Shown here: in pieces, positions 38,031-51,047 of the stretch
Layout: each line of letters opens with the position of its first letter
How positions within the stretch are numbered: the first letter of the stretch is position 1
NCBI RefSeq assembly: GCF_004010195.1
Contig: NC_057749.1
Coordinates: forward strand, 10,813,646-10,877,645
From: Chiloscyllium plagiosum
Taxonomy: Eukaryota
Direction of reading: 5' to 3'
DNA: 64,000 nucleotides
Made by a program: the position numbers and the translations under genes
Notes under the pieces: model-generated
The model's input: only the letters and a program-made list of their open reading frames with translations
Database searches by the model: none
What the model was told of the DNA's origin: nothing

Positions 38031-39878
38031 GTAAGTTTTACCTCTCTTTACTCCATTCAGCTCTTAGTGTGTGCTTTATAAGCAAATGTCTTTGATTCTC
38101 GAGTCAACTTTTTCCATTTCAAGTGAGACAGATAAGCAAACAAGAAGCATCGAGTCATTTCGATGTTTTAAAAGAAAAGGTTTGGTCAACTTCTTCTGTC
38201 AGTTGTGGGGCAATTTTTTTTACTGTTTTGACATTGCGTTGCAAGATTTTAAACTTCATTGCTTCTGTCTCTCTTGGTGCAGCACTGAGGAACTGCTGCA
38301 CTGCCAGAGGTGCCATCTCCAAAGACAATGGCTACACTGGTAATTCAGAGATCCAGGATAATGCACTGGGGTCATGGGTTCAAATCCTAGCAAGGCAGCT
38401 AGTGGAATTTAAATTAAGTTGATACAGTCTTGAATATAAGATTATTCTCCATTTCATAGTCGCTACTATCATCAATTGGCTTTTTTAAAAATATCTGGTT
38501 CACCAGTGTCCTTACTTACATGTAACTCCTGACCCACAACAATGTGGTTGACTCTTGACTTCCCTCTAAATTCACTAGCATTGAAGGAAATTGAGGATGT
38601 ATAAATTCTGGCCTAGTCAACAGTGACAATATTCCATGAAGGAATGCTGTCACATCCTGGGCTCCCTAGTTATGAAAAGAGGTGTTTTTTTTAAAGAACA
38701 GCAAGTCTTACGTTTCCAGTCCTCAGAAAGGCTTTCACCATGAACAGCAGAGATTGAAAGTCTCTCGCTGATTTTCTTTCTCCCCTTTCGCAACCAGTCT
38801 GATTTGAAATTAAAATTGGTGAGGGACGTTTGGAGTGCGGGACCCCTCGCTGAGGTGGGAATATTAAACAGGACTCTGTTCAGATTAACCCACACTATCA
38901 CCAGGAGTAGAGGCTTCAAATTAGCAACAGAGGGGAAACTGATGCTGAAATGAATTACCTTGTTTGGGAAAGTGGCATGGGATCTGATGGTTAACTAATC
39001 TGGACTATTTCTGATGGATTTGGGGGCAGGGGAGGGGTGGGGGTGGGGAAGAGGAGTGTTGGTGGTGGAAGGGGAGGTTAGGACTCCTTGTCCTTCTAGG
39101 ACTTAAAAAAAAGATTTATAAGGATGTCACCGAGACTGGAAATTTGGAGCTCTAGGGAAAGGCTGGGGCTACTTTCTCTGGAACGTCGGAGGCTCAGGGG
39201 TGACCTTATAAAGGTTTATAAAATCATGGGGAACATAGATAAGTTGAATAGCAAAGTCTTTTCCTTAGGCTAGGGGAGTCCAAAACTAGAGGGCACAGGT
39301 GAGAGGGAAAAAAATTTATAAGGGACCTAAGGGGCAACTCTTTTGTTCAGAGGGTGGTGCATGTATGGAATGAGCTGCCAGAGGAAGTGGTGAAGGCTGG
39401 TACAATTACAATATTTAAAAGGCATCTGGATGGGTATATGAATAGGAACGGTTCAGAGGTCTATAGGCCAAGCAAATGGTTTAGTTTAGAAAACCTGGTC
39501 AGTATGGAAGAGTTGGGCCGAAGGGCCTGATTCAGTGTTGTATGACTGACTAGGAGGCATTGTTTTCAAAATTTGAGCCAGGCTGGATTTAGGGAATACC
39601 TTTACACATGAAGGAAAAGACTGCAATTTGCAACCCTCTTGTGCAGACTGCAAGCAAAGTTGTGATGTTTGATAAATTTTGGTTTACCATAGAGCTTTGG
39701 GGATGTTATGGAAAGGCCCTTTTTGGTTGCAGATCGATCATTATCTCATTGAATGGATGTTGGAACAGGCCTGTTGCCATATTTTGACTGTTTGTTTGAA
39801 TGATCTGTTCCTGCATGAGACCCTTCAGCCGGGGTCTAGGTGCTCCATAAGGGACTGAGAATCCTTGTTTTCTTTCAG

Positions 39879-39964
39879 CTTGTTGTGCTGGTGTTCCTGT
39901 CCTTCTTTGTCAAGCGGAGCCGACTGTGCAGGACCTGCTGCAGTGGAGCGCCTGGTCTGTTGCA
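39879..39964 (+). CDS. STRA6: STRA6 coding exon 3
   Basis: tttcag acceptor; LVVLVFLSFFVKRSRLCRTCCSGAPGLL(H) (human [29 protein letters not shown]). Weak donor CA|GTTAAG, phase 2, matches the next exon. Confidence 0.88.
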
Positions 39965-40005
39965 GTTAAGTGTCTGCTGGCATTCCGGTCCCCTGGGTCA
40001 GTGTT

Positions 40006-40022
40006 TGAACCCTAAGTGAACT
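40006..40022 (-). promoter_or_regulatory. DR5 retinoic acid response element
   Basis: Plus strand TGAACC-CTAAG-TGAACT = minus strand AGTTCA-N5-GGTTCA, an exact RGKTCA-N5-RGKTCA match inside a retinoic-acid-inducible gene. Confidence 0.65.
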
Positions 40023-43000
40023 CGACTTCAGGCTTCCTCAGGTCAAACATTTGCAGTAAATACGTCACTGTGTTAAGTGTGCTGGGCATTCAGTACTGAG
40101 AGCTCTCCTACTTTGCAATGTTTATCCCAGTGTCTTTCAGTCTGGGTTTTTCTGCTGTCAACCTCATCCACCAGCTGAGGTTACTATGGAGATCACCTTC
40201 TGGGTTATGAGGCAGCCTCAACCTTGTTTGCGTATGGCCTGATTTGAAACTCATTCATGCTTTTTAATCTTTTTTTTTCCTCCTCCGAGTTCACTATAAG
40301 CTGGAACAGTGCAGGCTACTCTGGTTTAGCTCCCTCTAAGACAAAATGAAGTGATCTATTCATAAATAATTCTAATAAGGGGTCTGCTAGCTCAGTTGGC
40401 TAGACAGCTGGCTTGTCACGCCAAAGCTGTGGGTTCAATTCCTGCAGCAGCTGAGGTGACCATAACAGTTCCGCCTTCTCAGCCTGGAACCTCACCTGAC
40501 TTGTGGTGACCCTCACGTTAAACCACCACAGCCCTCACCCAGCTCCCTTTTGAGAGCTGTCCTGCAGTCTGCCAGGACTGTGGCAAGTTTACCTTGACTT
40601 AATTTTGAAATGGTTTGCAGCCACTGCTTATACGGTACCCCCCCCAAGACTTTGTGAGCTGCACCCGACAATAATGTATCACCGAGCCACAGGAGGAGCC
40701 GTAGGCAGAGACACAGTTACTGTCCAGGTCTGTGACCTTTCCTCAGAACACTGTTTCTCCTGGAGCACTGTCCGCTCTGCTGAGTATTTTCAGTGTTTAT
40801 TGTTTAATTACAACCAAAAGAGCGGAGGTGTGCAATGGCTGTTTCTTCCTCTAGAAATCAGCTTTCCTGATGGTATGTTCTGGAGTGTTTCAGTTTTGGG
40901 AAGGGTGACAGAATGAGATAATGTGACAGTTCTAATGTTAAACGAACAGCCCTGAAGCAGCGCACGTGCTCCAGCATCCCTCTCAGCAAATGGACATTGA
41001 AGGCAGCAGAACCTCTCCCCTTAAATGTTAACTTTCAGAGAGTTACAAAAGCAACTGGTCAGATCGATTTCAACCAATCCCAAACCAGTTTATGAAGCAG
41101 GATTGAGTCTTGTGGATCTGTTCAAGGTGAATTGCACTTCACTTCACCCCCAGATTCACTTGGGCACCTGGATTAACAGAAATATTTAAATCTAGGGGGA
41201 AGCAGTTTCTGCTTCACAACAGTACAAAACGTGGTGGTCTATTATTATAGGAAGTATCCCTATTATAGAGTCATACAGCACATAAACAGCCCCTTCGGTC
41301 TTACCAGTCCATGCTGACCATAATCGCAAACTAAACTAGTCCCACCTGTCTGTGCCTGGGCCATATCCCTCCAAACATTTCCTAATCATGAACTTATCCA
41401 AGTGTCTGTTTAAATGTTGCAACTGTACCCACATCCATCACTTCCTCTGGAAGCTCATTCCACACCCGAACCACCCTCTGTGTGAAAAATGTTGCCCCTC
41501 GTGCCTTTTCAAAATTTTCTCCTCTTATCTTAAAAAAAAAAAAAATGCCCTCTCGTCTTGAAGTCCCCATCATAGGGAAAAGACAGCTGCCATTCACTTT
41601 GTCTATCACTGTCATGATTTTATAAATCTCCGCAAGGTCACCTCTCAACTTCCTATGCTCCAGTGGAAAAAGTCCCAGCCTCTCCTTATAACACAAACCC
41701 TCCATACAAATCTTCTCAAAAATGACGGCCTCATTCCTGCCAACATCCTGGCAAATCTTTTCTGAACCCTGTCCAGCTTAATATCTTTCCTATAACGGGG
41801 CAGTCAGAACTGGATACAGTGCTCCAGAAGAGGTCTCACCAATGTCCTGTACAATCTCAACTTAACTCCGATACCCAAAGGTCTGAAAAATGAGCGTCCT
41901 TTGAACAAAAGATTAGAATAAATTTCTTTTCTTTCTTCCTCTGTGCTTCCATGAAATGTCCTGTCTCTCCATTAATGTTTCAGCCTGAGGGAGGGCTCAT
42001 TAAAATGGGATTTGAAATCTCTCCAAGAGGTTCCATGGAAAAAAAATAGGTTAATCCCCACTTTCAGCGTGTGATTCTGCAGTGATGACTACAGCCAAAC
42101 CTTATTTATGAGTTTCTACTGTTTGAGGCTTACCTCAAACAGTAGATGTTTATTCCTCTGCATAGATGTTTATTCCTCTGTCCACTGCCACTAGTATTTA
42201 GGTCCCTCAGGAACCACACGGCTTTTATTTAAAGCCACGTTTCCAATTTGCAATGGGGTTAAATTCACCTGTTGATCCAGGTTCCCAACTGAATCTGGGA
42301 GTAAAGTGGAGTGGGATTCACTGGGAACAGATCCACAAGGATCAATCCAGTTTTGTAAACTGGTTTGGAATTGGTTGAAACTGGGCAGCACAGTGACTCC
42401 GTAGTTAGCATTGCTGCCTCACAGCGCCAGGGACCCAGGTTCGATTCCAGCCTCTGACTCCCCAGTCTGTGGGGAGTTTGCACATTCTCCCTGTGTCTGC
42501 GTGGATATCCTCCAGGTGCTCCGGTTTCCTCCCACAATCCAGAGATGTGCAGGTTAGGTGGATTGGCCATGCTAAATTGCCCATAGTGTTCAGAAATGTG
42601 CAGGAATAGAGTGGGGGGGGGGGCATCTGGGTGGGATGTGGTTTGGTGTAGATCTGATGAGCTGCTTCCACACTGTAGGGATTCTATCATGCTGTGTTAA
42701 AGGTATTATATGGATTTCGAATGATTTAAGAATAGATCACTTAATTTCCCTCCCTCATATAACTACCCTCCATTTACACCTCCCTACCAACAACCTTCCT
42801 CTTTTCTCTTGTGTACTAATTACCACGGAATCATTCTTTACTGAAGAAACCCCTCAGCCCATCAAGTCAATACTACCACAACTACGCTCATTCTACACTT
42901 GGCCAGCTTCCTGGCAATGAATGTTATGACACTTCAAGTGCCCATCCAATAATGTTTTAAAGGTTATGAGATTACCTCCCTCCCACCCTCTGGGTGAAAT

Positions 43001-43117
43001 TTGTTTTCTTCAAATTCCCCTCTAAACCTCCCTTCCGTTCACCTTTAAAAGTGTGCCTCATTTTGTAACCGTGAGACCAGAAGGGTATGGGAGCAGAATG
43101 AGGCCATTCAGCCCATC

Positions 43118-43319
43118 TTGGCGAAAGTGAGGACTGCAGATGCTGGAGGTTAGAGTCAAGATGAGAGTGGTGCTGGAAAAGCACAGCAGGTCAGGTAGCA
43201 TCCGAGGAGCGGGAAAATTGATGTTTCGGGCAGGTTGCAGGTGAAGGGCTCTGGCCCGAGATGTTGATTTGCCTGCTCCTCAGATGCTGCCTGACCTGCT
43301 GTGCATTTCCAGCCCCACC
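43118..43319. mobile_element. hairpin PLE-derived short element, family A, in STRA6 intron
   Basis: Same GAAAGTGAGGACTGCAGATGCTGG head and fold-back arms; TTCAGCCCAT duplicated on the flanks. Confidence 0.75.
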
Positions 43320-43803
43320 TTCAGCCCATTTGGTCTGCTCCACCATTCGATCGTGGCTGATGTGTTTCTCAACCTCATTCTCCTGCCTTCTCCCCATAAC
43401 GTTTGGGTTATATTCAAGAGCCTATTTACCTCTTCTTTAAAGACACTGGGTGACTTGGCCTCCAAATTCCTCTGGGACAATGAGTTCTTCCAATTCACTG
43501 GCCTCTGGCTGAAGGAATTCCTCCTCATCTCAGTTCGAAAGGGTAATCCCTTCGCTCTGAGATGGTACCTCTGGTCCCAGGCTCTCCTACTGGGGTTGGA
43601 ATGTCTTCTGCATGTCCACTCTATCCAGGCCTCTCAGAATACTGACCCTTTGACTAAGGGGAACAGCTACTCTCTGACACATGGTAATCCATGAGTTTAA
43701 AGAAACATTGACCCTGGTAGTTTAATGCAGCTCAAAGTCATTTTAAGTAACGCATTTTCTCTGTCGCTTTATTTTAATTTGGGCAAATGCTGTGTATTTA
43801 CAG

Positions 43804-43940
43804 CCCTGTTGGGTTCCTCGAGCATGACTACCACAGAGGGATTGCTGCTGCCGTGTTCGGAGTGCTCTTCTGTTCCTTGTGTGTGGTCGTCATTGATGAC
43901 AACCCTTTCCCCTTCATAGAGTCCTCAAAAGGCACCAAAG
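43804..43940 (+). CDS. STRA6: STRA6 coding exon 4
   Basis: PVGFLEHDYHRGIAAAVFGVLFCSLCVVVIDDNPFPFIESSKGTK (human [38 protein letters not shown]); ag/gt boundaries. Confidence 0.93.
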
Positions 43941-44923
43941 GTAAATGGACAAAATTGGTTTTAGGAACTCCTTTGGAGGGGGTCAGAAGAAAGGATTAAA
44001 AAATACTTGAGTTCATTTGCCTCGTTATTTTATTAGAAACTTTTTCTGTGTTTGTTTTGGGAATGTTCCCATCACTAAATCCTCTAATTCAATATCTTGG
44101 GAGGTTACCATTGACCAGAAACTCAACTGGATTTGCCACATAAATACAGCAGCTACAAAAGTACGTCAGAGGCTAGGAACACTGCAGCAAGTAACTTACT
44201 TCATGACTCCCCAGGGTCTACAAGGTACAATTCAAGAGTGGGATGGAATACTCTCCACTTGCCTGAATGGGTGCCGCTCCAGAAACACTCAACAAGCTTT
44301 ACACCATCCAGGACAAAGCAGCCCACTTGATTGGCACAACATCCACGGGCACCCACTCCTTCCAGTAGAAGCAGTGCGTACTATCTGCACTGCAGCAATT
44401 CACCAAATATCCTTACTTGGCACCTTTCAAACCCATGACCACTTCCATCTAGAAAGTTAACAGCAGCAGATACTCGGGAACACCTCCTGCAGGTTCCTCT
44501 CTCAGCCACTCACCATCCTGACTTGGAAATATATTGCTGTTCCTTCATTGTCACTGGGTCAAAATACTGGAATTCCCTCCCTAAGGACATTGTGGGTCTT
44601 AACCGACAGCATGTGGACTGCTGCGATTCAAGAAGGCAGGGGGTGATGTATCCATGTATCTGCTGTCCTTCTAGATGGAAGTGATCGTGAGTCATGTGAT
44701 ACAAACTAAACCTTAACAAGCACACTGGATAATTTGTGATCTCTATTATGGCAAAGTGCTTTATGTCAATACTAAATGCTTTTGGACTGTTTTTTCTTAT
44801 GTAAATGTTTTTAAAAAGAAAAATCAAAAATGTGATATTTACAAGTAGATGGAATTTGGATCTATTGTGTATTTTGCAAACAATTGTGTTGCTAACTTGG
44901 AACTGTTTGTTTTTTCTCTAAAG

Positions 44924-45090
44924 AATACTGGAAGATTACTGCCCTGCTTTATTATCCAGCTCTGTACTATCCCCTACTTGCTTGTGCAACGGTCAAGACC
45001 AAATTGGGTTACTTTCTTGGCAGCCTCCTGTCCTGGCTACACTTTAGTGTTCTCCTCTGTCAGAAAGTTCAATGCCCTTTGTCATCCAAG
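44924..45090 (+). CDS. STRA6: STRA6 coding exon 5
   Basis: EYWKITALLYYPALYYPLLACATVKTKLGYFLGSLLSWLHFSVLLCQKVQCPLSSK (human [22 protein letters not shown]...LGSTLSWAH...ECPQVPK); AAG|GTAATG. Confidence 0.95.
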
Positions 45091-47549
45091 GTAATGATTT
45101 ACTTTGTTTTCTGTTTATGCAACCATCTTAAGTTTTAATCAGCTCATTCCAATTACTGTTCTGACAGAGTTACTATTGTTGCAATGTGAAACGATTGGTA
45201 GAATCGCAGTACAATGATCTTTTTCTCTCCTTATCTGGCAGGGGGGTGGGGAGCAATTTCTTCTACTCCTGAATGCTGGGAACCAAGAGGAAATCTCTCC
45301 CAATCCACTTTTGCCCTGATTGCAAAACAAAATTGTCTCTCCGATATTAGCAGTCTGAACGCAACAAGAGCTTGTCTCTATGACCTAAAATTAATTTAGT
45401 CTTGAAGCCCCTTTTATTGTTTGTGACGTCAATTGCGAGTGCTATATTCCACGAGGTTTTGTCGTCTGATTTTGCTACTGGCCTATCCCCACAATCACTG
45501 TGATTGGTTACCCAACACGGTCATCCTATTGGTGCGCAGCCATGTTTTTCATTATCCAATTGGATGGTAATTGTCTCCGTTACTTTAATTATTAATAGTG
45601 TCCACAGACAGGAAGATAAATTTACTTTTAAGATCCCTTTATTTTTCTCCAGTGGTATTGGTAACAAATACAGTCTAGCCTCTTTTTACTAAAGGAAGAA
45701 TATATTAGCTGTTAGAAAGAGTGCATTGAAGGTTCACCAGTTTGATCCCTGGCCTGGTGGGACGATTGTATGTGGAGAAATTGAGGAGACACTTCAGAAG
45801 AGTCATATCTGATTTGAAATGTTAATGCTGTAACTCTCTGCACAAATGCTGCCAGACCTGCTGAGCTTCTCTCTTATTTTTGAGTTTGTTTGAGGAGGTA
45901 GGGCCTATTGTTCTCTGGAGCCATAGAGATGTATAGCATGGAAACAGACCCTTTGGCCCAACGCATCTATGCTGACCAGATATCCTAAATTAATCTAGGC
46001 CCATTTGCTGGCATTTGACCCATATTCCTCTCAACCCTTCCTCCACAGAAGGCTGTGGAGGCCATATATATGATATTCAATATAGTATATATGGAGATAG
46101 ATAGGTTCTTGATTGTCAAGAGGATCAAGATCATGGGGGAAAAAGCAAGAGTCATGATTGAGTCTGCTCCACCAATCAATGAGCAGAATAGTCTAATTTC
46201 TGCTCCTATGTCTTATGGTCTTATTCATGTACCCATCCAGATATCTTTTATATGCTGTAATTGGCAGCTCAGTTTGTATATGCACCACCCTATGCACAGA
46301 AACGTTGCCCCTCAGGTCCCTTTTAAGTCCTTTCCCTCTCACCTTAAACATTTGCCCTCTCGTTTTGGACTCCCCTACCCTCGGAAACTAGTTTGGCCAT
46401 TTACCATGTCTACATCTCTCATGATTTTATATTTTTTTATACGGTCACTCCTCAGCCTCCAATGTTCTAGGGAAAATAGCCCCAGCCTATACAGCCTCTC
46501 CCTATAGCACAAGCCCTCCAAGCCTGGCAACATCCTTGTAAATCTTTTCTGAACCCTTTCAATCTTGCCTGCAGCAGGGAGACTTGAATTACACATAATA
46601 TTCTACAAGTGGCCTAACCAATGTCCTGTACAGCCACAACATTACCTCCCAACTCCTATACTCAATGCACTGACTAATGAAGGCAAGCATACCAAACCCC
46701 TTCTTCACTACACTGAGCGCCTCAGACTCCAATTTCAAGGAACTATGAACTGCACCCCCAGCGTCTCTGTTTGGTAACATTCTCCATGATGTTCGTATTA
46801 AGTGTATAAGTCCTGCCCGGATTGCCCTACCAAAATGTATGGAATAATGAGAGGTAATATCATTGAAATCCTGATGAAGGAGCTGTGCTCTGAAAGCTAC
46901 TGCTTCCAAATAAACCTGTTGGACTATAACCTGGTGTTGTGTGATTTTTAACTTTTGTACACCCCAGTCCAACACCGGCATCTCCAAATCTTGCAGAAAT
47001 CAACAGGTTAATTGCAGGAAGGTTTTCTCCCTTACTTAGGGTGTCTACAACCAGGGGCACAGTCTTGGAATAAAGGCCAGTTAGATTGAAGGTGAAAGGA
47101 ATTTATTCACTGAGAGGGCGATGAATCTCAGAATTCTCTACCTCAGAAGCTCAGTTACTGAATGTGGTCAAGACAGCGATCAATAGCTTTCTAACTATTC
47201 AAGTTATCAAGGTAAAAGAAGATTTTGCAGGAAAACAGCATTGAGATAGAAGATCAGATACAATCAGGCTAGAGGGGCCAAATGGCCTACTGTTGCTCCC
47301 CTTCCCTAATTTCCATGTGCCTGTGTCCTGGAGCTTGGCAATTAGGCTCACTGTCAACCCCCACTTGATGACCTAGTTTGTTACTGTAAGATGATCAGTG
47401 TTCCTGCTTAATCAGTTTACTGGGGAGGCAATGGCCTAATGGTGTTATTGCTATAGACTGTTAATCCAGAAATACAGCTTATGTTCTGAGGACCTAGGTT
47501 CAAATCCCACAATGGCAGATGGAGGAATTTGAATTCAATAAATGCTTTT

Positions 47550-47871
47550 GGGCAGCACGGTGGCACAGTGGTTAGCACTGCTGCCTCACAGCGCCAGAGA
47601 CCTGGATTCAATTCCCGCCTCAGGCGACTGACTGTATGGAGTTTGCACGTTCTCACCATGTCTGCGTGGGTTTCCTCCGGGTGCTCCGGTTTCCTCCCAC
47701 AGTCCAAAGATGTGCAGGTCAGGTGAGTTGGCCATGCTAAAATTGCCCATAGCGTTAGGTATAGGGGTAAATGTAGGGGTATGGGTGGGTTGCGCTTCGG
47801 TGGATCGGTGTGGACTTGTTGGGCCGAAGGGCCTGTTTCCACACTAATGTAATCTAATCTAATCTAATCTA
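47550..47871 (+). mobile_element. young HE1-type SINE nested in tRNA-derived SINE (~47420-48115)
   Basis: Full-length copy with (TAATC)n tail. Further copies at ~29850-30165(-), 33440-33640, 42383-42690, 55030-55365, 59412-59718, 62040-62360(-) and 63525-63810. Confidence 0.9.
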
Positions 47872-49800
47872 AAATATGGGGGGAATTAAGAAACTTCTAT
47901 TGTCCATAAATCCATTGTCAGGAAAAGCCTACCTGGCTGACTAATGTCCTTCAGGGAGGGAAATCTGCCATCTTCGCCCGGTCTGGCTTACCTGTAACTC
48001 CAGACCCACGGGTTAACTCTGAAATGGCCTGGCAAACAGTCCAGTTCCAGGACAGCTAGGGACGGTCAATAAATGCTGGCCAACTAACAACACCCAGATC
48101 CCTCAAGTGATTTAAAAAAAAGAGTTAAAATATTAGAGTTGTGCTTTACTTTTTATTCCAGTGCTGTGCTTATCCCAAAGCTAGCCATCCCAGGTGCTCT
48201 TCTTTCATCCTTTAAAACTTTGGCCAGTCCATACAATGCAAGGCTACAGGACTGAAATATATTGTCCTCCCTTTCTAAGAGTTGCTGTATTGTCTCTCCA
48301 AGTTCTGGAGCTGAAACCCTTAGTCAGGCCTGGCTCTATCCTCGCTGTGTTCGGTCCTAAGCCTCCACAAGCTGTTTCCTTAATGACCGAGACTAAGCTT
48401 GTCAGAAGATGGGCAGAAAAGTGGAGGAGATGAGCCATGATATTTTTAAAATGGCAGAGCAGGGGCTGAATGGCCTACTTCTACTCCTAATGTGGATGTT
48501 AGTAGGAAATCTGATGTTCTTAATGCCTCCCTGTGAATATACGAGCAGGAGTAGGCCGTTTGGCCCTTTGAGCCTGTGACCTGAAGACATCTGTTCTCCC
48601 CACCAACGGTGCAACTTCCCCTTGTCAGTGATAACAGTTAGAACTGACATGACCTTTGCTGTGGTTAGATATCCTGGACCTTCCATTATTAGAATGTTGA
48701 ATGGACTCTGTAGCCTCAAATAGATTTTGCTAATGTTGATCTCTCCCAGCGCACAACTTGTGGAATGTAACCTGCACATATCTCTAAGTATTTTTTCCCT
48801 GATCTGTACACTCTTGCTTGCTATGATCTGCCTGTACTACTCATAAACAAAGCTTTTCACTGTACCTCGGTGCACGTGACAATCGATCAATCATCTCGAG
48901 CTTGTTATTGGGCAGAAATCGGAACAGGTTTGCAAATTTGTTCCTTTGTTCTTCTGATTTTGTCCCGAATTAAAGAGACTGACCCAAAACATAACAATCC
49001 TTCAGTATTTGCAGGGTCATTCTGACATTGACTACACTTCCAAAGTTCTAAATTGGCTATATATAAAGCCCTTTGAAACACCCTGAGGTGGTGAATGATG
49101 CTATTAAATGCCGGGTTTTTCTGCTTTGACCCTTTGGCTGCAAGGTAGGTAACAAACTGAAGCTGTTCACTGGCTGGGACTAGAGTGAAGGCAGAGATTC
49201 ACAAAAATTGTCCTGAGGAGAGAACCAAGGGTGCTGTGAGAAAAAAAACAATGAGTGGTAAGGGTCTGGGATTCACTTCCTCGGAGGGAACTGGCAACAG
49301 GATTAGTCCAGGTTTTCAAGTGGATTGTCATCTTTTGCCACCAGAAAGTACAGGTTTTTGAGTAGAGTCCAAGTCCACACTTCTAGTGAGAGCTTTCATT
49401 CAATTACCACGTTCCATAAGCTAACTCCCTCCCGCTGATTGCTCGCTTCCAGTATTTGTACTCAGTTGACGTTTAAACCAGAAGGAACAATCAATAATTT
49501 ACGCAAAGACCTCAGAACAGTGATCCAGTTTGACCAGTGCATTCACTTCCAAGTATTACTGTTTTGGGATAGATTTCCCATTCCCTTGTTCCATTAGGTT
49601 TCAGACATCCCTTTGGAACATATTAATGATAGATTATCCGAAGAGAGAACATTTCTCATACAGGGAGTGAGACCCAGTGAGTTGCACAGACATGACAGAC
49701 CAAATGCCTCTTTCTGTGCTATAGTCATTGTGATTCTATCATTTTCGGTTCTTAACGTCCTTCCTACTTTTATTTTCTTAAATTTTGTTTGACTGCCCAG

Positions 49801-49926
49801 TTGCACGAATACTACTCACTGCTGAGAAGTCTGCCCCAGCTGTTATGCCTGGCATTTCTAAGTCTCATTTATCCTTTGTTGCTGCTGAGAAATGGCAGGA
49901 CATCACAATCTCTGCCCTTGCATCAG
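49801..49926 (+). CDS. STRA6: STRA6 coding exon 6
   Basis: LHEYYSLLRSLPQLLCLAFLSLIYPLLLLRNGRTSQSLPLHQ (human [28 protein letters not shown]); CAG|GTAAGT. Confidence 0.93.
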
Positions 49927-50261
49927 GTAAGTGTTTAAATTTATCTCTGGACAATGTGGGTTTCTGGTGAGGGACTTGGCAATGAGATTAAGTACTTGAG
50001 GTGTTGGCTTTATGGAGGTGGATTCTGGGTAAATCCAGGGAACTATTGCAGTCCTGAATAATTAAAGTTAGTCTCATTTCGAATCTTCGAGATCTACCTA
50101 TAGATTATTTCCATGTGAAAGTTTTCATTAGCAGGGCTACCGCCTCAGCACATCAGCTCTGGATTAGCCTGCATTACCTAGCTTAATATTTACATTCCAC
50201 TATGCCAACTAGACTCGAAACAGAATCTAACCAGGAGGATGACAAAGAAAATGGAGTCCAA

Positions 50262-50590
50262 CTATGCTGGTGGGGGAATGTTTTTCATGCAACACATGGT
50301 TGAGGGTGGTGAGGGAATGTTTCTCAAGCAACACATGATAAAGAAAGCAGGAGGAATGTTCTTCGTGCAACATGTGATCAAGGGTGGTGTGGAAATTTTC
50401 TTGTGACATGTAATAGACATAGTTGTGGGGGGAATGTTGTTCAGGTGACACATAATGGACAACACTGTGGGGAGAATATTTTCCATGTGACACATGATGG
50501 ACATAGCTGCAGAGGAAATGTTTTTCATGTGACACTGATAGATATAACTGGGGGAGGGGGAATGTTTCTCATGTGACTTATGATAAGTAT
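50262..50590. repeat. diverged ~40-bp minisatellite
   Basis: About 8 units resembling GGGGGAATGTTTCTCATGTGACACATGATGGACATAG. Confidence 0.75.
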
Positions 50591-50979
50591 CTGCAATGGA
50601 CTCCTGTAAGAGAATAAAAACCTTGGAGTCATCCAGGACAACCTAGGCAGCTGCAAATCTTTCTGATAGGAATTAAACATAGAAATATAATATAAGAGGA
50701 GGGGTAGGCCATTCAGCCTTTCGAGCCTGCTTCATCATTTAATCTGATCATGGCTGGTCATTTAATTCAGTGGTCCCTTACCTTCGAGCTATGTCCCCAG
50801 GTCATTGATCCCTTCACCAAGGTAAAAGGTTCCTCCCTGTTATCAGTGTTAAACTAGGATTTAATTTCTCAGAGTTAAACATTGAGTGATGGTGTTACCT
50901 GGCCCATTGTGAATGGTGGGAAGGTCTTACATCTGAACCTGTGCAGTCATTGCTCACCAATCTCTGGTTTCCCCCTCAG

Positions 50980-51047
50980 TGTCCGGTTGATAAATATTAC
51001 ACTGAGTACTTAAAGATTTTACTGAGGAAGAAACCGCGCAAAAACAG
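50980..51047 (+). CDS. STRA6: STRA6 coding exon 7
   Basis: CPVDKYYTEYLKILLRKKPRKN(S) (human SYSEEYLRNLLCRKK); ctcag acceptor; AG|GTTAGT. Confidence 0.9.

Noticed and set aside
50262..50590. Spaced ~40-bp repeats resembling a CRISPR array
   Set aside because: Units are degenerate along their whole length, there are no unique spacers or cas genes, and the context is vertebrate. It is a minisatellite.
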